This document shows, piece after piece, positions 1 through 9,275 of a DNA stretch of 32,000 nucleotides. A program made the position numbers and the translations under genes. The notes beneath the pieces are model-generated. The model had not been told where the DNA came from, made no database searches, and saw only the letters and a list, made by a program, of their open reading frames with translations. This DNA comes from Planctopirus limnophila DSM 3776. GTDB taxonomy: Bacteria; Planctomycetota; Planctomycetia; Planctomycetales; Planctomycetaceae. The first letter of the stretch is position 1, and every line of letters begins with the position of its first letter. The stretch spans positions 1,110,001-1,142,000 of the forward strand of contig NC_014148.1 in NCBI RefSeq assembly GCF_000092105.1, read 5' to 3'.

Positions 1-58
1 TCTGAAAATTGTTCAGAGACGGGCCTGATTGATCAGGTCTCCCAACGAGAGGAAATGA

Positions 59-343
59 ATGGCCCAGTACACCAAAACCGAAATCAAGAAGCTTCGCAAG
101 AAGCGTCAGCGTCTCAAGAAGAAGCTCAAGTGCCGCTTCTGTCCGGATGGCTGCGATAAGCCACCACGTCCGATCTTTGTCGATTACAAAGATCTCAAGA
201 CACTCCGCGCAATGATTGACCGCGAAGGCAATCTGCTCGCTCGCCGCAAGACGGGTACCTGCGTGAAGTATCAGCGTGTGGTGCGTGATGCAGTTCTGCG
301 GGCTCGCTTCATGGGACTTCTCCCCTACGTGGCTGAAGAGTAA
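59..343 (+). CDS. rpsR: 30S ribosomal protein S18 (Cys-containing form)
   Basis: 94-aa ORF with a basic N-terminus. It carries the conserved S18 core [51 protein letters not shown]. The cysteines CRFCPDGC plus TGTC resemble zinc-binding (C+) S18 forms. AGAGGAAA lies just upstream of the ATG and a canonical terminator follows the gene. Confidence 0.93.
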   Translation: MAQYTKTEIKKLRKKRQRLKKKLKCRFCPDGCDKPPRPIFVDYKDLKTLRAMIDREGNLLARRKTGTCVKYQRVVRDAVLRARFMGLLPYVAEE

Positions 344-366
344 GGCCCTACGCGGCTGAAGAGTAA
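324..366 (+). repeat. Imperfect tandem duplication (period 23 nt) spanning the rpsR stop codon
   Basis: cctacgTggctgaagagtaa at 324-343 is repeated as cctacgCggctgaagagtaa at 347-366, with one mismatch. Confidence 0.8.
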
Positions 367-379
367 AGAGATATTCAAA

Positions 380-417
380 GGGCTGCTGGATGACTTCCAG
401 CAGCCCTTTTTCTGTTT
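380..417 (+). terminator. Rho-independent terminator of rpsR
   Basis: Perfect 11-bp stem: gggctgctgga (380-390) pairs with tccagcagccc (396-406). The loop is 5 nt (tgact) and the tail is tttttctgttt. Confidence 0.8.
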
Positions 418-478
418 GATCACGATTAGGGACCATGATTTTTGACTAGCCACTGATACGGTTCCCAGGAAACAACGG

Positions 479-538
479 CGCGTTGTTGGTCGCGAAGGCA
501 TGCTTGCCCAGAGCTGCAAGCATGGCACACAGAGCGAT
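479..538 (+). repeat. Palindrome-containing intergenic repeat, copy 1 (REP-like or bidirectional terminator-like)
   Basis: By hand alignment, 45 of the first 51 positions match 6474-6524. Core hairpin: catgcttgc (499-507), loop ccagagct, gcaagcatg (516-524). It lies between the convergent 3' ends of rpsR and moaE. Confidence 0.7.
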
Positions 539-614
539 ATTTTTTCATAGAAAGCATATGAGCAGTCTTCGGGTCGGAAGATGCCCGGCGAACTGTCCCT
601 GACATGCTGATCGA

Positions 615-1022
615 TCAGGGATGAACCCATTCCTGACTGCCATCGGACCAGTTCTCTTTCTTCCAGATGGGGACACGCCGCTTCAACTCATCAATAACGT
701 ATTGCCCTGCCGCAAAGGCGGAATCTCGATGAGGAGCAGAGACCGCGACTCCCACGCTGATTTCGCCCAACGTCAGGTGGCCGAGCCGATGGATGGTCTC
801 GATCTTCGCCAATATCCACTTTTCGCGGGCCTCGGCTTCAATTCGCTCCATCTCGGCAATCGCCATGGGTGCGAATGCTTCGTAATCGAGAGCCAGGGTC
901 TGTCGCTGATTCGTAAACTCCCGCACGGTTCCCAGAAACAGGATCACGGCCCCCGCTTGTGTTGTCTGGACAGCGCAAAGCAACTGCTGTGAATCAATCG
1001 GTTGTTCAGTCAGTTTTGGCAT
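615..1022 (-). CDS. moaE: Molybdopterin synthase catalytic subunit MoaE
   Basis: 135 aa with MoaE-like sequence along the whole length (AVILFLGTVREF..., HRLGHLTLGEISVGVAVSAPHRDSAF, VIDELKRRVPIWKKE). AGGAG Shine-Dalgarno lies 4-5 nt upstream and the gene sits directly downstream of moaD. Confidence 0.9.
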   Translation of the reverse strand: MPKLTEQPIDSQQLLCAVQTTQAGAVILFLGTVREFTNQRQTLALDYEAFAPMAIAEMERIEAEAREKWILAKIETIHRLGHLTLGEISVGVAVSAPHRDSAFAAGQYVIDELKRRVPIWKKENWSDGSQEWVHP

Positions 1023-1107
1023 CTTGCTCCTGGTTTTTCCACTGACACAAAGCTGATGAGTTGTGAGATCAGGCCTTCATGATGAAGACGCATAAAACGC
1101 GAGAGGC

Positions 1108-1386
1108 TCACCCACCACTCACGGGTGGAAAACAGGCGACCGGCTCGCCGGGTTGAACCACGGTATTTTCATCTGCGTACTGAGTCCCGACGGCAAAGAG
1201 CAGCTTCGACCCGAGGGAAGCCAGTCGCGGAAATCGAGTCATGAGAGCGTGCTGAACATCTGCGATTGTGACAGGTCGCCCGTCGACAGGAACTTCGAGC
1301 GAAACCCTGGCGACATTGGTGAGTTCCCGTGCCAGGGCAAACAATTGCACGTCCACAACCTGTTCATGAATCATCGTGGAATTCAT
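1108..1386 (-). CDS. moaD: Molybdopterin synthase sulfur-carrier subunit MoaD (ubiquitin-like, C-terminal GG)
   Basis: 92 aa counted from the internal ATG at 1386, which is preceded by AGGAGGTGA. The protein ends ...ACFPPVSGG, the MoaD/ThiS-type Gly-Gly terminus. The longer 167-aa track ORF (to 1611) would overlap the neighbouring gene's 3' end and has no RBS. Confidence 0.85.
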   Translation of the reverse strand: MNSTMIHEQVVDVQLFALARELTNVARVSLEVPVDGRPVTIADVQHALMTRFPRLASLGSKLLFAVGTQYADENTVVQPGEPVACFPPVSGG

Positions 1387-1546
1387 CGGATCACCTCCTG
1401 AAGCGGAAATGAAATCTGCTGGCACGGGTCTGGTCGCTGATTGACAACGGGAGACATCACCAACCGATAACAACTTCCATGTGCCGCACCCCGATTTTAC
1501 TATTCCCGGAAAAGAAGTGGGTAACTTAATCGACGCGGATTGTCCA

Positions 1547-4500
1547 TCATTCGAGAGTATATTTTCTGGTCTGGTGCTTGAACCGGACCTTGAGTTCCGG
1601 CATGAGACCATAAGCCATCGCCATCAGTTTGATGGGATGTAATGTCGGCGTGGCGGTGCGCTGGGTCATCTGCAAACGACAGCCACTGCATTCAGTCACG
1701 CCAAAATCCCAGTCCCGGGATCGCATGGTTTCCATGAGTTCATGGCCGATTTTCATCGAGGTCTGGAAATGTTTGCTCGACAGCCCAAAGGTGCCAGCCA
1801 TGCCCGAACATCCCCGTTCGACGGCATGCAGTTCCAGCTTGGGAATCAGCCGGCAGATCTCCAGAAGAGGCTGTCTTTCGCCGAGTGATTTCAAATGGCA
1901 GGGAGTATGATAAACCGCCCGCATGGGGGTCATCGCGAGAGGCTCTGTCGGTATGGGTAAGCGCCCCTGTGCCGCTAATTCTGCTAAAAATGCCCCCGCT
2001 TCCACGGTCTGTTGTGCCACCAGTTCGGCATCCGGATGTTGAGTCAGCCTGGGATATTCTTTCTTCAAACACAAAGCCGCCGTTGGCTCAGTACAGATGA
2101 TGCGTAACCCGTCACGAGCGTGAGGGGCCAGCACTCGCAGATTTTCCAGTGCCAGTTCACGTGCCGCTGGCAACTCACCAGCGGAGATCAAGGCCATCCC
2201 GGAGGCCAATTGTCCCTTCGGCACAATGAGCTCAAACCCCAGATGCTCCAGCACTCGGCTGAATGCCATCGCCAGTTCCGTGTCGTGGTAGTTTGCAAAA
2301 TGATCGACAAAGTAAACCACTGGCTGAAGTGGCTTTTTCTGACCTGCGACGGGCTCAGATGCAGATCGCGGAACATCAACGGCTTGTTGGGCGGTTTGCT
2401 GGAGAAAAGACTTTCGAGAAAAAAGTGGTAATCGCCGCTCTCGGGCGACTCCAGTCAGCAATTCCAGAACCCGGCGAAATGTGCCCCAGTTGAGCAATGG
2501 GTTGAGGACTGGTGCTAACCAACTGCCCCATGGCCCCCAGACATCAGGCCGCGAAAGGAGCCAATCGACTCGGGAAACACCCTGTTGAGCTGCCGCCTGA
2601 CCTTTCAATTCGATGGCCATTCGCGGGATATCAACATGAGAAGGGCATTCGAGAGAACATTGCTGGCAGTTAAAGCACGAATTGAGAATAGGAAGCATTT
2701 CCGGGCGAGTCAGCGTCTCTGGCGAAAGTCTGCCGGAAAGAATATCTCGAAACACCACAGCTTTGGCTCGTGGACTGGAGACCTCCTGATGAGTCACATG
2801 AAAGAACGGGCACATCCGGTGATTGCGATCTTCACGACGGCAATTTCCGCAGCCGTTGCAGGCATTGACGGACTCAATCGCTTCTCCCTGGGGCCACGAG
2901 TGGCATAACTCCACCAGTTCGCCGGTAGGAGCTTGAGCCGGCAGCTCCTGCTCAAAAGTCGACTTCAATTCCCGACCAGAAAAGTGAATGGGTTCCACAG
3001 CTTTTGCCTGCTGATTGGCAGAGGGAAAAGCCGTTCCCCAACCGACTCGCGCTGCGGCAGGGACAACATGTCCGGGAGCCAGTAATCCTTCGGGATCAAA
3101 GATGTTTTTGACCTCTTTGAAGATATCGCACAACGAACCATACTGCTCTCGCAGCGCGCTCGTCCGCAGGCTGCCCAGGCCTTGAGTACTGCCGATACAG
3201 CCACCCAGAGACCAGGCGGCTTCATACAACGCATACTGCAACTGCTCTAAAGCAGCAACAGGCCAGGTTGCTCGATCTGTCAGTAAGGGTCGAAAGTGCA
3301 CCACACCCATGGCAGCATGCGAATACATGACCGCCGAGATATCGGCCGTTTGAAAAGCTTTGTGGGCTTTTGCCAGAAACTCCGCGAGTGCTTCTGGAGG
3401 AACGACCAGATCATCAAAGATCCGCACAGTCCGTACGCCACCACGAGGCTTTTCCAGTTGGGGAAGGATTTTACGAGAAAGCGACCAGAGAAACTCGACA
3501 TCACTGGGTGAATTCGCTTCATAGGCCGTTAAATGCCCTTCCGCAATGCGTGCGGTGCAGCGTCTGAGGCTGGTCAACTGTTCGCGACACTCCGATTCCG
3601 TCTCGGCTGTGACTTCAATCAGCACCGCAGCTTCAATGGTCGGAGGAATAATCATCAGAAACCGGTCATCGAGCTCTCTTGCCAGAGTCAGGATTCTGCG
3701 ATCGACCAAATCGCATGCTGCAGGCTCCATCACTCGAACCTGATGCACCACTTCAATGGCTGAATCGAGTGTCGGGCAAAGTAACAGCAGAACGCCTCGA
3801 TGGGCTGGCAATGGGGTCGTATGCAGCGTGATCCCTGTATACAAACCCAAGGTGCCTTCGGAACCGACCAGCAGGCGGCACAAATCGAGCCGCTCTTCGG
3901 TCAGAACTCCCCGTAATTGATAGCCACCCCGGCGCAGCAGAGTGACTCCCGGTTGAGACGCCTTGATCAGGGCGGCCTCATTTCTCAAGATCGATTCGAG
4001 CCGGCAGATGATGGTTCGTTTGACCTGATGGGGCTCATTTTCCGTGGCCTTCCGATCAGGCATGGCTAAGGGTTCCAGTCCCGCCGTAAACTGCGTCCCT
4101 CTGGCCAGCATGACCTGCAATGAGGCGACATGGTCGTGGGCTGCTCCATGACGTAAGCCGTGTGGCCCGATACCGTCTACTCCGACAATTCCGCCCACGG
4201 TCGCTACGGCAGAATCCAGAGGATAGACCCCGAACTCGCGGCCATAAGGCCTTAAGCGGCGGTTCAGTTCGTCAATGGTGATTCCCGGCTCAACGCGGAC
4301 AGTGCGCTCACTCAGGGAGAGCACACGGTTCATGCTGGCCGAAACATCAATGATCAAACCCGGGCCCAGAGACTGGCCAAAGAGCGAAGTTCCAGCACCT
4401 CGCACAGTCATCGGAATGCTGTGCTCATGGCAATACTGCACCAGCACGACCAGATCTTCAGCATCTTCTGGCAGCGCGACTCCACAGGGAGCCTCACGAG

Positions 4501-4609
4501 TGACACCTCCATCCTGGGAGTAAACAATCGATGCCACCCGGCTCACATCGAGCTTGCCCCGAAACAAACCGGAGAGGTCTTCCTTGATTCGAGTCGCCCA
4601 GATTTCCAC
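1547..4609 (-). CDS. FAD-binding and Fe-S-binding 2-hydroxyacid dehydrogenase/oxidase, YdiJ-like (GlcD-type domain fused to GlcF-type domain)
   Basis: 1020 aa with a GTG start. The N-terminus is FAD-linked oxidase-like (MTVRGAGTSLFGQS, GSEGTLGLYTGITL). The centre has ferredoxin-type clusters CNGCGNC...CP and CFNCQQCSLECP. The C-terminus has cysteine-rich CCG-type repeats (TPCH, CSGMAGTFG, ECSGCRLQ). Length and architecture match E. coli YdiJ-type enzymes. Confidence 0.9.
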   Translation of the reverse strand: MEIWATRIKEDLSGLFRGKLDVSRVASIVYSQDGGVTREAPCGVALPEDAEDLVVLVQYCHEHSIPMTVRGAGTSLFGQSLGPGLIIDVSASMNRVLSLSERTVRVEPGITIDELNRRLRPYGREFGVYPLDSAVATVGGIVGVDGIGPHGLRHGAAHDHVASLQVMLARGTQFTAGLEPLAMPDRKATENEPHQVKRTIICRLESILRNEAALIKASQPGVTLLRRGGYQLRGVLTEERLDLCRLLVGSEGTLGLYTGITLHTTPLPAHRGVLLLLCPTLDSAIEVVHQVRVMEPAACDLVDRRILTLARELDDRFLMIIPPTIEAAVLIEVTAETESECREQLTSLRRCTARIAEGHLTAYEANSPSDVEFLWSLSRKILPQLEKPRGGVRTVRIFDDLVVPPEALAEFLAKAHKAFQTADISAVMYSHAAMGVVHFRPLLTDRATWPVAALEQLQYALYEAAWSLGGCIGSTQGLGSLRTSALREQYGSLCDIFKEVKNIFDPEGLLAPGHVVPAAARVGWGTAFPSANQQAKAVEPIHFSGRELKSTFEQELPAQAPTGELVELCHSWPQGEAIESVNACNGCGNCRREDRNHRMCPFFHVTHQEVSSPRAKAVVFRDILSGRLSPETLTRPEMLPILNSCFNCQQCSLECPSHVDIPRMAIELKGQAAAQQGVSRVDWLLSRPDVWGPWGSWLAPVLNPLLNWGTFRRVLELLTGVARERRLPLFSRKSFLQQTAQQAVDVPRSASEPVAGQKKPLQPVVYFVDHFANYHDTELAMAFSRVLEHLGFELIVPKGQLASGMALISAGELPAARELALENLRVLAPHARDGLRIICTEPTAALCLKKEYPRLTQHPDAELVAQQTVEAGAFLAELAAQGRLPIPTEPLAMTPMRAVYHTPCHLKSLGERQPLLEICRLIPKLELHAVERGCSGMAGTFGLSSKHFQTSMKIGHELMETMRSRDWDFGVTECSGCRLQMTQRTATPTLHPIKLMAMAYGLMPELKVRFKHQTRKYTLE

Positions 4610-5306
4610 AGCCTCAAAAATCCTGACTGAAAGGCCCCACCAGAGATCAACGGTTACTGCTCGTCGAATACATCATCTGAGAGAATAGACTACCTCATCT
4701 CACGGTCTTCCAGTAGTCCGTAGCGTTGGGAACTATGGGCTGCTCTCGGGGAATCATCTTTTCCTGGCGTGTCTTTCTGCGATTTGGTTCAAGACCGCGT
4801 GGCTGGGGTCAAGCGTCTTCGTTTGCCCCCAGATCATTTGAATCGGATTGTTGATGGTAAACATGCTTGAAAATCCTTAAAGCATGGCATGGATGCATTT
4901 GTGCTGGTGAACTCGATTAACCAGGGGGCGGATGAAGACATCCGACCCCTGCCACCCTGCGCGGACATCAAATATGACAATCAAGGAAGTAGAGACCACG
5001 CCCTTCCGCAGAGCCTCCAGGGGCGTGCCACCCAAGGCCGTGAAAAATAATATTGCAAGACACTCGTATTGTCGCGCCTTCTTGTCGTCATGGCGATGCA
5101 CCACGAAGTGTGAATGATGTGTTGGGTGCCAGTTGGCCAGTCGTCGCTTGCTGGATGATGACCGCAAGTGATGTGTAAATGTCATCAGGAAGACCTGAGA
5201 TTATCTCATGTCGCCAGATCTGGTACGATGCGCAGAAGATGACGTCATCGAGATTGCCGTGTTGTTGCGATTTCTCATAAGTCAGGACTCCACCAAAGGA
5301 TGATTC

Positions 5307-6392
5307 ATGCAACCCTGGCCAACCCGTATTCAGGGGCCTGTGGCTGTGATTGGCGATGTTCACGGTCAACTCGACCTGTTGAATTTCATCCTTTCGCAAC
5401 TTCAACAGCTACCCAACTATGATGAGTTATGGATCGTTCTGATTGGTGATCTTGTCGATCGTGGGCCCGATCCTGCGGGGGTGATTCAACGGATTGTCGA
5501 ACTCCGGGAAGCACATCGTCGCACTACGGTCGTCTTTGGTAATCACGAACTGGCCATGCTGGGTGCCCTGGGCTGGGTGCCCACGCCAGAGTTTGCCGAA
5601 TGGAACCCAAGGTGGGTTCAATTCTACGACTCCGAGCCGACGTTTCGTTCTTACGGGGTTGAGCCCGGTGATCTGGAAGGTCTGGCCCGTGCCATTCCTC
5701 CAGAACACAGAGAATTTCTGACAACGATGCCATGGGTGGTCGAACATCCAGAGAACATCTTTGTGCATGCTGGTCTGGATGCCAATCAGCCGACCGAAAT
5801 GCAGCTCAGAATTCTGCATGCCAAAGACTGGACGCTCGTTCGTCCACCCTGGCTGTGCGATAAAGCTTTTGCGGCCCAGGATGGCCCACCCGATAACTGG
5901 CGACGGATTATTTCCGGGCACGTTCCCACAGCAGAAGTCGTTATCCGGCCCAAGAGAATTCTGACAGACACCACGGGTGGACTACGCGGCGAACTGAGCT
6001 GTGTGATTCTTCCGGAGTGCCGGATTCTCCAGAGTCGTGGCGGGGTTGATCGCGCTGTAACTCAGGGCGATCAATCCATTCCCACCCGGCATCACGAATC
6101 ATCAGCAGCAACAGCAAATGCTGCTCACGTTCAGTCCTCTGCCACAGTACGCCAGCCAGCAGTCACTCCGCAGCGAGGGGTATCAACGGAATCGAATCGA
6201 ATGTCCGAGCGGGTATCGACTTCACATGGAGTTCCACGCGATCGATCAGCCGAGGACAAAACGCCCTCAGGACATGCTGAGCAGGGAAGAACAGCTTCTG
6301 AAAAGAAGCGAGGGTCGTCTCACTCAAATCGCAGAGAACAACCCACGGGTACAGTTCAGAAAATGTCTTGGTGGAAACGCCTGTTGGGTTGA
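5307..6392 (+). CDS. Calcineurin-like metallophosphoesterase (PrpA/ApaH-type Ser/Thr phosphatase-like) with a long low-complexity C-terminal tail
   Basis: The motifs GDVHG, GDLVDRGPD, GNHE, VHAGL and SGH occur in the canonical order within the first ~215 aa. AAGGA lies 7 nt upstream of the ATG. The last ~115 aa are S/T/R/Q-rich. Confidence 0.85.
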   Translation: MQPWPTRIQGPVAVIGDVHGQLDLLNFILSQLQQLPNYDELWIVLIGDLVDRGPDPAGVIQRIVELREAHRRTTVVFGNHELAMLGALGWVPTPEFAEWNPRWVQFYDSEPTFRSYGVEPGDLEGLARAIPPEHREFLTTMPWVVEHPENIFVHAGLDANQPTEMQLRILHAKDWTLVRPPWLCDKAFAAQDGPPDNWRRIISGHVPTAEVVIRPKRILTDTTGGLRGELSCVILPECRILQSRGGVDRAVTQGDQSIPTRHHESSAATANAAHVQSSATVRQPAVTPQRGVSTESNRMSERVSTSHGVPRDRSAEDKTPSGHAEQGRTASEKKRGSSHSNRREQPTGTVQKMSWWKRLLG

Positions 6393-6473
6393 TTTTTCTG
6401 GGTTGATTTTAGTGGTTGGATTCAACCAATGAAGTACAAATCAGCACCTGGTACACCTCACAGGCAATCACAG

Positions 6474-6535
6474 CGCGGTGGTGGTTGCAAAGCCATGCTT
6501 GCCCAAAGCTGCAAGCATGGCACATCAGTATCGAT
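6474..6535 (+). repeat. Palindrome-containing intergenic repeat, copy 2
   Basis: Same orientation as copy 1. Hairpin: ccatgcttgc (6493-6502), loop ccaaagct, gcaagcatgg (6511-6520). It lies between the convergent 3' ends of the phosphatase and VWA genes and is followed by the 12-nt palindrome agtatcgatact. Confidence 0.7.
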
Positions 6536-6549
6536 ACTAGATGGAATGA

Positions 6550-8469
6550 TTAAATCTCTCGTCGGACAGGGCCGGCGGGAACCATCTTCTTGACCTTCTT
6601 GCCGGTCTTGGGATCTTCTTCTTCGATAAATCGTGGACGGAGCTTTTCGTCGTTCCCGTTTCCACCTCGCATAGCTGCCGCGTTGTAATAGCCCTCTTTC
6701 CATTCCCAACCCAAAGGACGACTCAGTTCACGTTCAGCCATCAAACCCCAGGGGGTGCCAGCGTGCTCATCCACCACGCGCTTGAGGTACTCATTGGCCC
6801 GGTTCGCCAATTTTTTGACACTGGCCCCGGAAGTAATTTCTTTGGCAGGAATCAATTCCCAGCGGTTGTTTCCGGCTTTCTCGAATTTGCGTGGCGAAGC
6901 CTTCATTTCCGCCAGCATGGTGTTGTAGCCAAAGGCACGCACCTTCAACGCGAGCAAGCGGCCCATGGCCAGATCATAGCTGGCTTTCCAGCGAGGTTCG
7001 GTGATTTTTGCACGGTCCTTTTCGCCGACTTCCAATTGTGTGAGAAGCTGCGAAATCTTGTAATCGAAATCAGCCAGAGGACGCTGAGCGCGATCGATCG
7101 AGGTGCGCAGTTCACCGTCGTTTGCAGCGGGGAAGCCGAGGCTGGGCAATGGAATCTGGATGTCTTTGTTCTGCTCAGCCAATGTGACGAGGGCCTGCTT
7201 AGCCATGTTCTTGCGGATATCCTGATCCAGCAACGTGATCGTGCGGTAATCAGGCTGATAGTTGCGCATCGTCTGTGGATCGAGGGATGGCCCTTTGCCA
7301 CTATCTGCTACAAAGTAGAGGCCACCGGTTTCGGCACAAAGGCGAGTCAGTGCATAAGGCCCGAAGCCTGAGGAAAGATTTTCGAGGCCGTAATCGTTAA
7401 TCCCCCAGAATCCTAAATGGACAAACTCCTGGTAGAACGATTCGGGGCCGCGATCCATGACACCGATGACCTGCTCGCCATTTTCCAGTTCAAAAGGCTC
7501 TTCGACCTGACGTTTGCCAAAGGGAGCCGCATCACCCACGACATAGCAGCGAATGCCGGCACGTTTGGTGGATGAAATGGCCTGCTCGAGCTTTTCGCGA
7601 GCGTCGGAACCGGCTTCGTCGGTCACGACAATCAGCATGACGTTGCGACCCATTTTTGTGCGGTAAGAGAGGAACTTATTGGCGGCGGTTATCACTGCTC
7701 CAAAAGTGTTCTCATGACCTCCGGATTCGCTTTTCACACCACGCACGGTTTTGACAAGTTGTGCCACGTCATCGACCGGTTCTTCGGTCAGAATGTTTGT
7801 TCGTTCGCCGAAAGTCACGACGGCTGACTTAAGAGCTTTGTCTGCGGAAACATTCATGGCGTTGAGTTGTGCGTAAATGTTTTCCACGCGATCTGCAATG
7901 ACGTTACGCCGCTTGTGCAGCGAGGGAGAAACATCAAACAGCCAGACGACCAGTGTTTTCTTCTCACGCAAGGAGGCGGCGATTTCGAAAGCCATGCGAT
8001 CGACGGCACCTTCCACACCACCGGGATGCTCCGTCGCACCCTGGGCATTGATGGCTTGAGTCAATTCTGTCCGAGGAGGTTCGACAATGGCTTCGGTCGC
8101 AGGAAGTTCGGGTTTGAATGGATCTTCCAACTGCTCTTTGAATTCTTCTTCCGACTTCTGGCCCATCGCCACAGAGGCTTGCTGCGAGGCACCCAGCATG
8201 TTGAAGTTGCTGTCATTGCCCATCACATCGGAGACGGCGACGTCGAATTTGAATTCAGCTTCCTGCGGAATGTCCTGAATTTCGCTCGTAATCATCAACT
8301 GCTCACGGATGGTTTCCGAGAACGTAATGAGCGAAAAGCAGAAGAGCACGACCACATGGAGTGCCAGGCTGACGGTCCACGCACCAGATTCCTTGATGCG
8401 ATCCCACCAGGAAGGACCAAAGTCCATCTCGTAAACAACATCATCCTGCGGTTGTGTTATGCTGGCCAT
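6550..8469 (-). CDS. Membrane-anchored von Willebrand factor A (VWA) domain protein
   Basis: 639 aa with an N-terminal TM helix (WTVSLALHVVVLFCFSLITF). The VWA domain has the MIDAS motif DxSxS (LFDVSPS), then VVTFGERT and LIVVTDEAGSD. The C-terminal ~250 aa have no motif I can name. Confidence 0.85.
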   Translation of the reverse strand: MASITQPQDDVVYEMDFGPSWWDRIKESGAWTVSLALHVVVLFCFSLITFSETIREQLMITSEIQDIPQEAEFKFDVAVSDVMGNDSNFNMLGASQQASVAMGQKSEEEFKEQLEDPFKPELPATEAIVEPPRTELTQAINAQGATEHPGGVEGAVDRMAFEIAASLREKKTLVVWLFDVSPSLHKRRNVIADRVENIYAQLNAMNVSADKALKSAVVTFGERTNILTEEPVDDVAQLVKTVRGVKSESGGHENTFGAVITAANKFLSYRTKMGRNVMLIVVTDEAGSDAREKLEQAISSTKRAGIRCYVVGDAAPFGKRQVEEPFELENGEQVIGVMDRGPESFYQEFVHLGFWGINDYGLENLSSGFGPYALTRLCAETGGLYFVADSGKGPSLDPQTMRNYQPDYRTITLLDQDIRKNMAKQALVTLAEQNKDIQIPLPSLGFPAANDGELRTSIDRAQRPLADFDYKISQLLTQLEVGEKDRAKITEPRWKASYDLAMGRLLALKVRAFGYNTMLAEMKASPRKFEKAGNNRWELIPAKEITSGASVKKLANRANEYLKRVVDEHAGTPWGLMAERELSRPLGWEWKEGYYNAAAMRGGNGNDEKLRPRFIEEEDPKTGKKVKKMVPAGPVRREI

Positions 8470-8610
8470 GTTTGCACCTGAAGAGGCTCACTGCAGATCG
8501 GCAATGCCAATATTTCAGAAGTAATGCCCTACTGAATTCACTGTCATTGATCTGCAGCAGATCCTTGAAGACCAATCCCAATCGACCCAACCCAACTTAA
8601 CGCACTCTTG

Positions 8611-8644
8611 GCAACTTCTGTTTCAGCAGCAACTTCTGTTTCAG
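8611..8644 (+). repeat. Tandem direct repeat, 2 x 16 nt (period 18 nt), inside a long AT-rich spacer
   Basis: gcaacttctgtttcag occurs at 8611-8626 and again at 8629-8644. Confidence 0.8.
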
Positions 8645-9259
8645 AGAGTCGCAGCTTACGCTTCAATTTCTTGCCGAATTCGCTTGAGCATGCCACTCAA
8701 TGATATCTTTAAAAAATCAACCGGTCTTACCAGATGTGACTATTTATTCAGCATACGCTACCGCTCAGTTTCGAGAAGTGCAATTGGCATTTTCGGTCAA
8801 TCTGCACACCCAATTTCAGTGCAACTCCTGCAAACACCGAAACAAATGTTGATATTGCATTCAAAATTCGCGTCTATGTTAAGCGTAGGGTACCTGGGTC
8901 CTTCGAGCACTCCCGTTGACTTATGACCTGATCTTCAGGCGAACCTTCCAAAGCAGCGGAACCGCACTTTAATCCCATACTGTTAATAGATTACCTCTCT
9001 GAACTTGGCTAAGGTTCGACGATTTCTCTCTGGAACGATCTCGATTTCTTGCGACTGGCCCGGAGAATCGTACAAAATCAAGGAAAGTGTATTCAGAGTA
9101 GCCCGCTGACCGATGGTCATTGAGAGTGCCTTTATCAAGATCGATTTATCGTAACATGCAATTAAATCAAGGGTTAAGGTGAAATCCCTGAATCCCGGAG
9201 ATTCCTGTAATCGGTGAGCAAACTTCAGCCGATGGACAAATGACAATCGACTGGGGTAT

Positions 9260-9275
9260 TGGCACTCAGGACGCA
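9260..9275 (+). promoter_or_regulatory. Candidate sigma-54 (-24/-12) promoter for the downstream hydrolase gene
   Basis: TGGCAC-tcagg-ACGCA. The -24 hexamer is perfect and the GG-N10-GC spacing is exact (GG 9261-9262, GC 9273-9274). It lies ~25 nt upstream of the GTG at 9299, with GGGAG in between. This is a single motif match only. Confidence 0.25.

Noticed and set aside
1387-1546. Possible molybdenum-cofactor (Moco) riboswitch in the 160-nt leader upstream of moaD
   Set aside because: The location is plausible. Reading the minus-strand leader, however, I could not identify the conserved Moco-motif elements or a convincing multi-stem fold. An Infernal scan with RF01055 would settle it.
1387-1611. 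N-terminal extension of the moaD ORF (the 167-aa track version) and the 1500-1691 ORF
   Set aside because: The extension overlaps the 3' end of the 1020-aa dehydrogenase gene and has no MoaD similarity. The internal ATG at 1386 has a perfect AGGAGG RBS and gives a normal 92-aa MoaD.
4780-4800. tRNA-like T-loop string ggttcaagacc
   Set aside because: The flanking bases do not form a T-stem, and no acceptor or anticodon arms can be drawn. I found no tRNA anywhere in the window.
4877-5185. 102-aa minus-strand ORF
   Set aside because: It has no RBS and an odd His/Cys/Arg-rich composition, and ORFs in other frames and on the other strand overlap it. I recognise no family. It is treated as unsupported; see the finding on 4610-5306.
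8611-8644. Direct repeats considered as a minimal CRISPR array
   Set aside because: There are only two 16-nt units separated by 2 nt, with no spacers and no cas genes. This is a simple tandem duplication.
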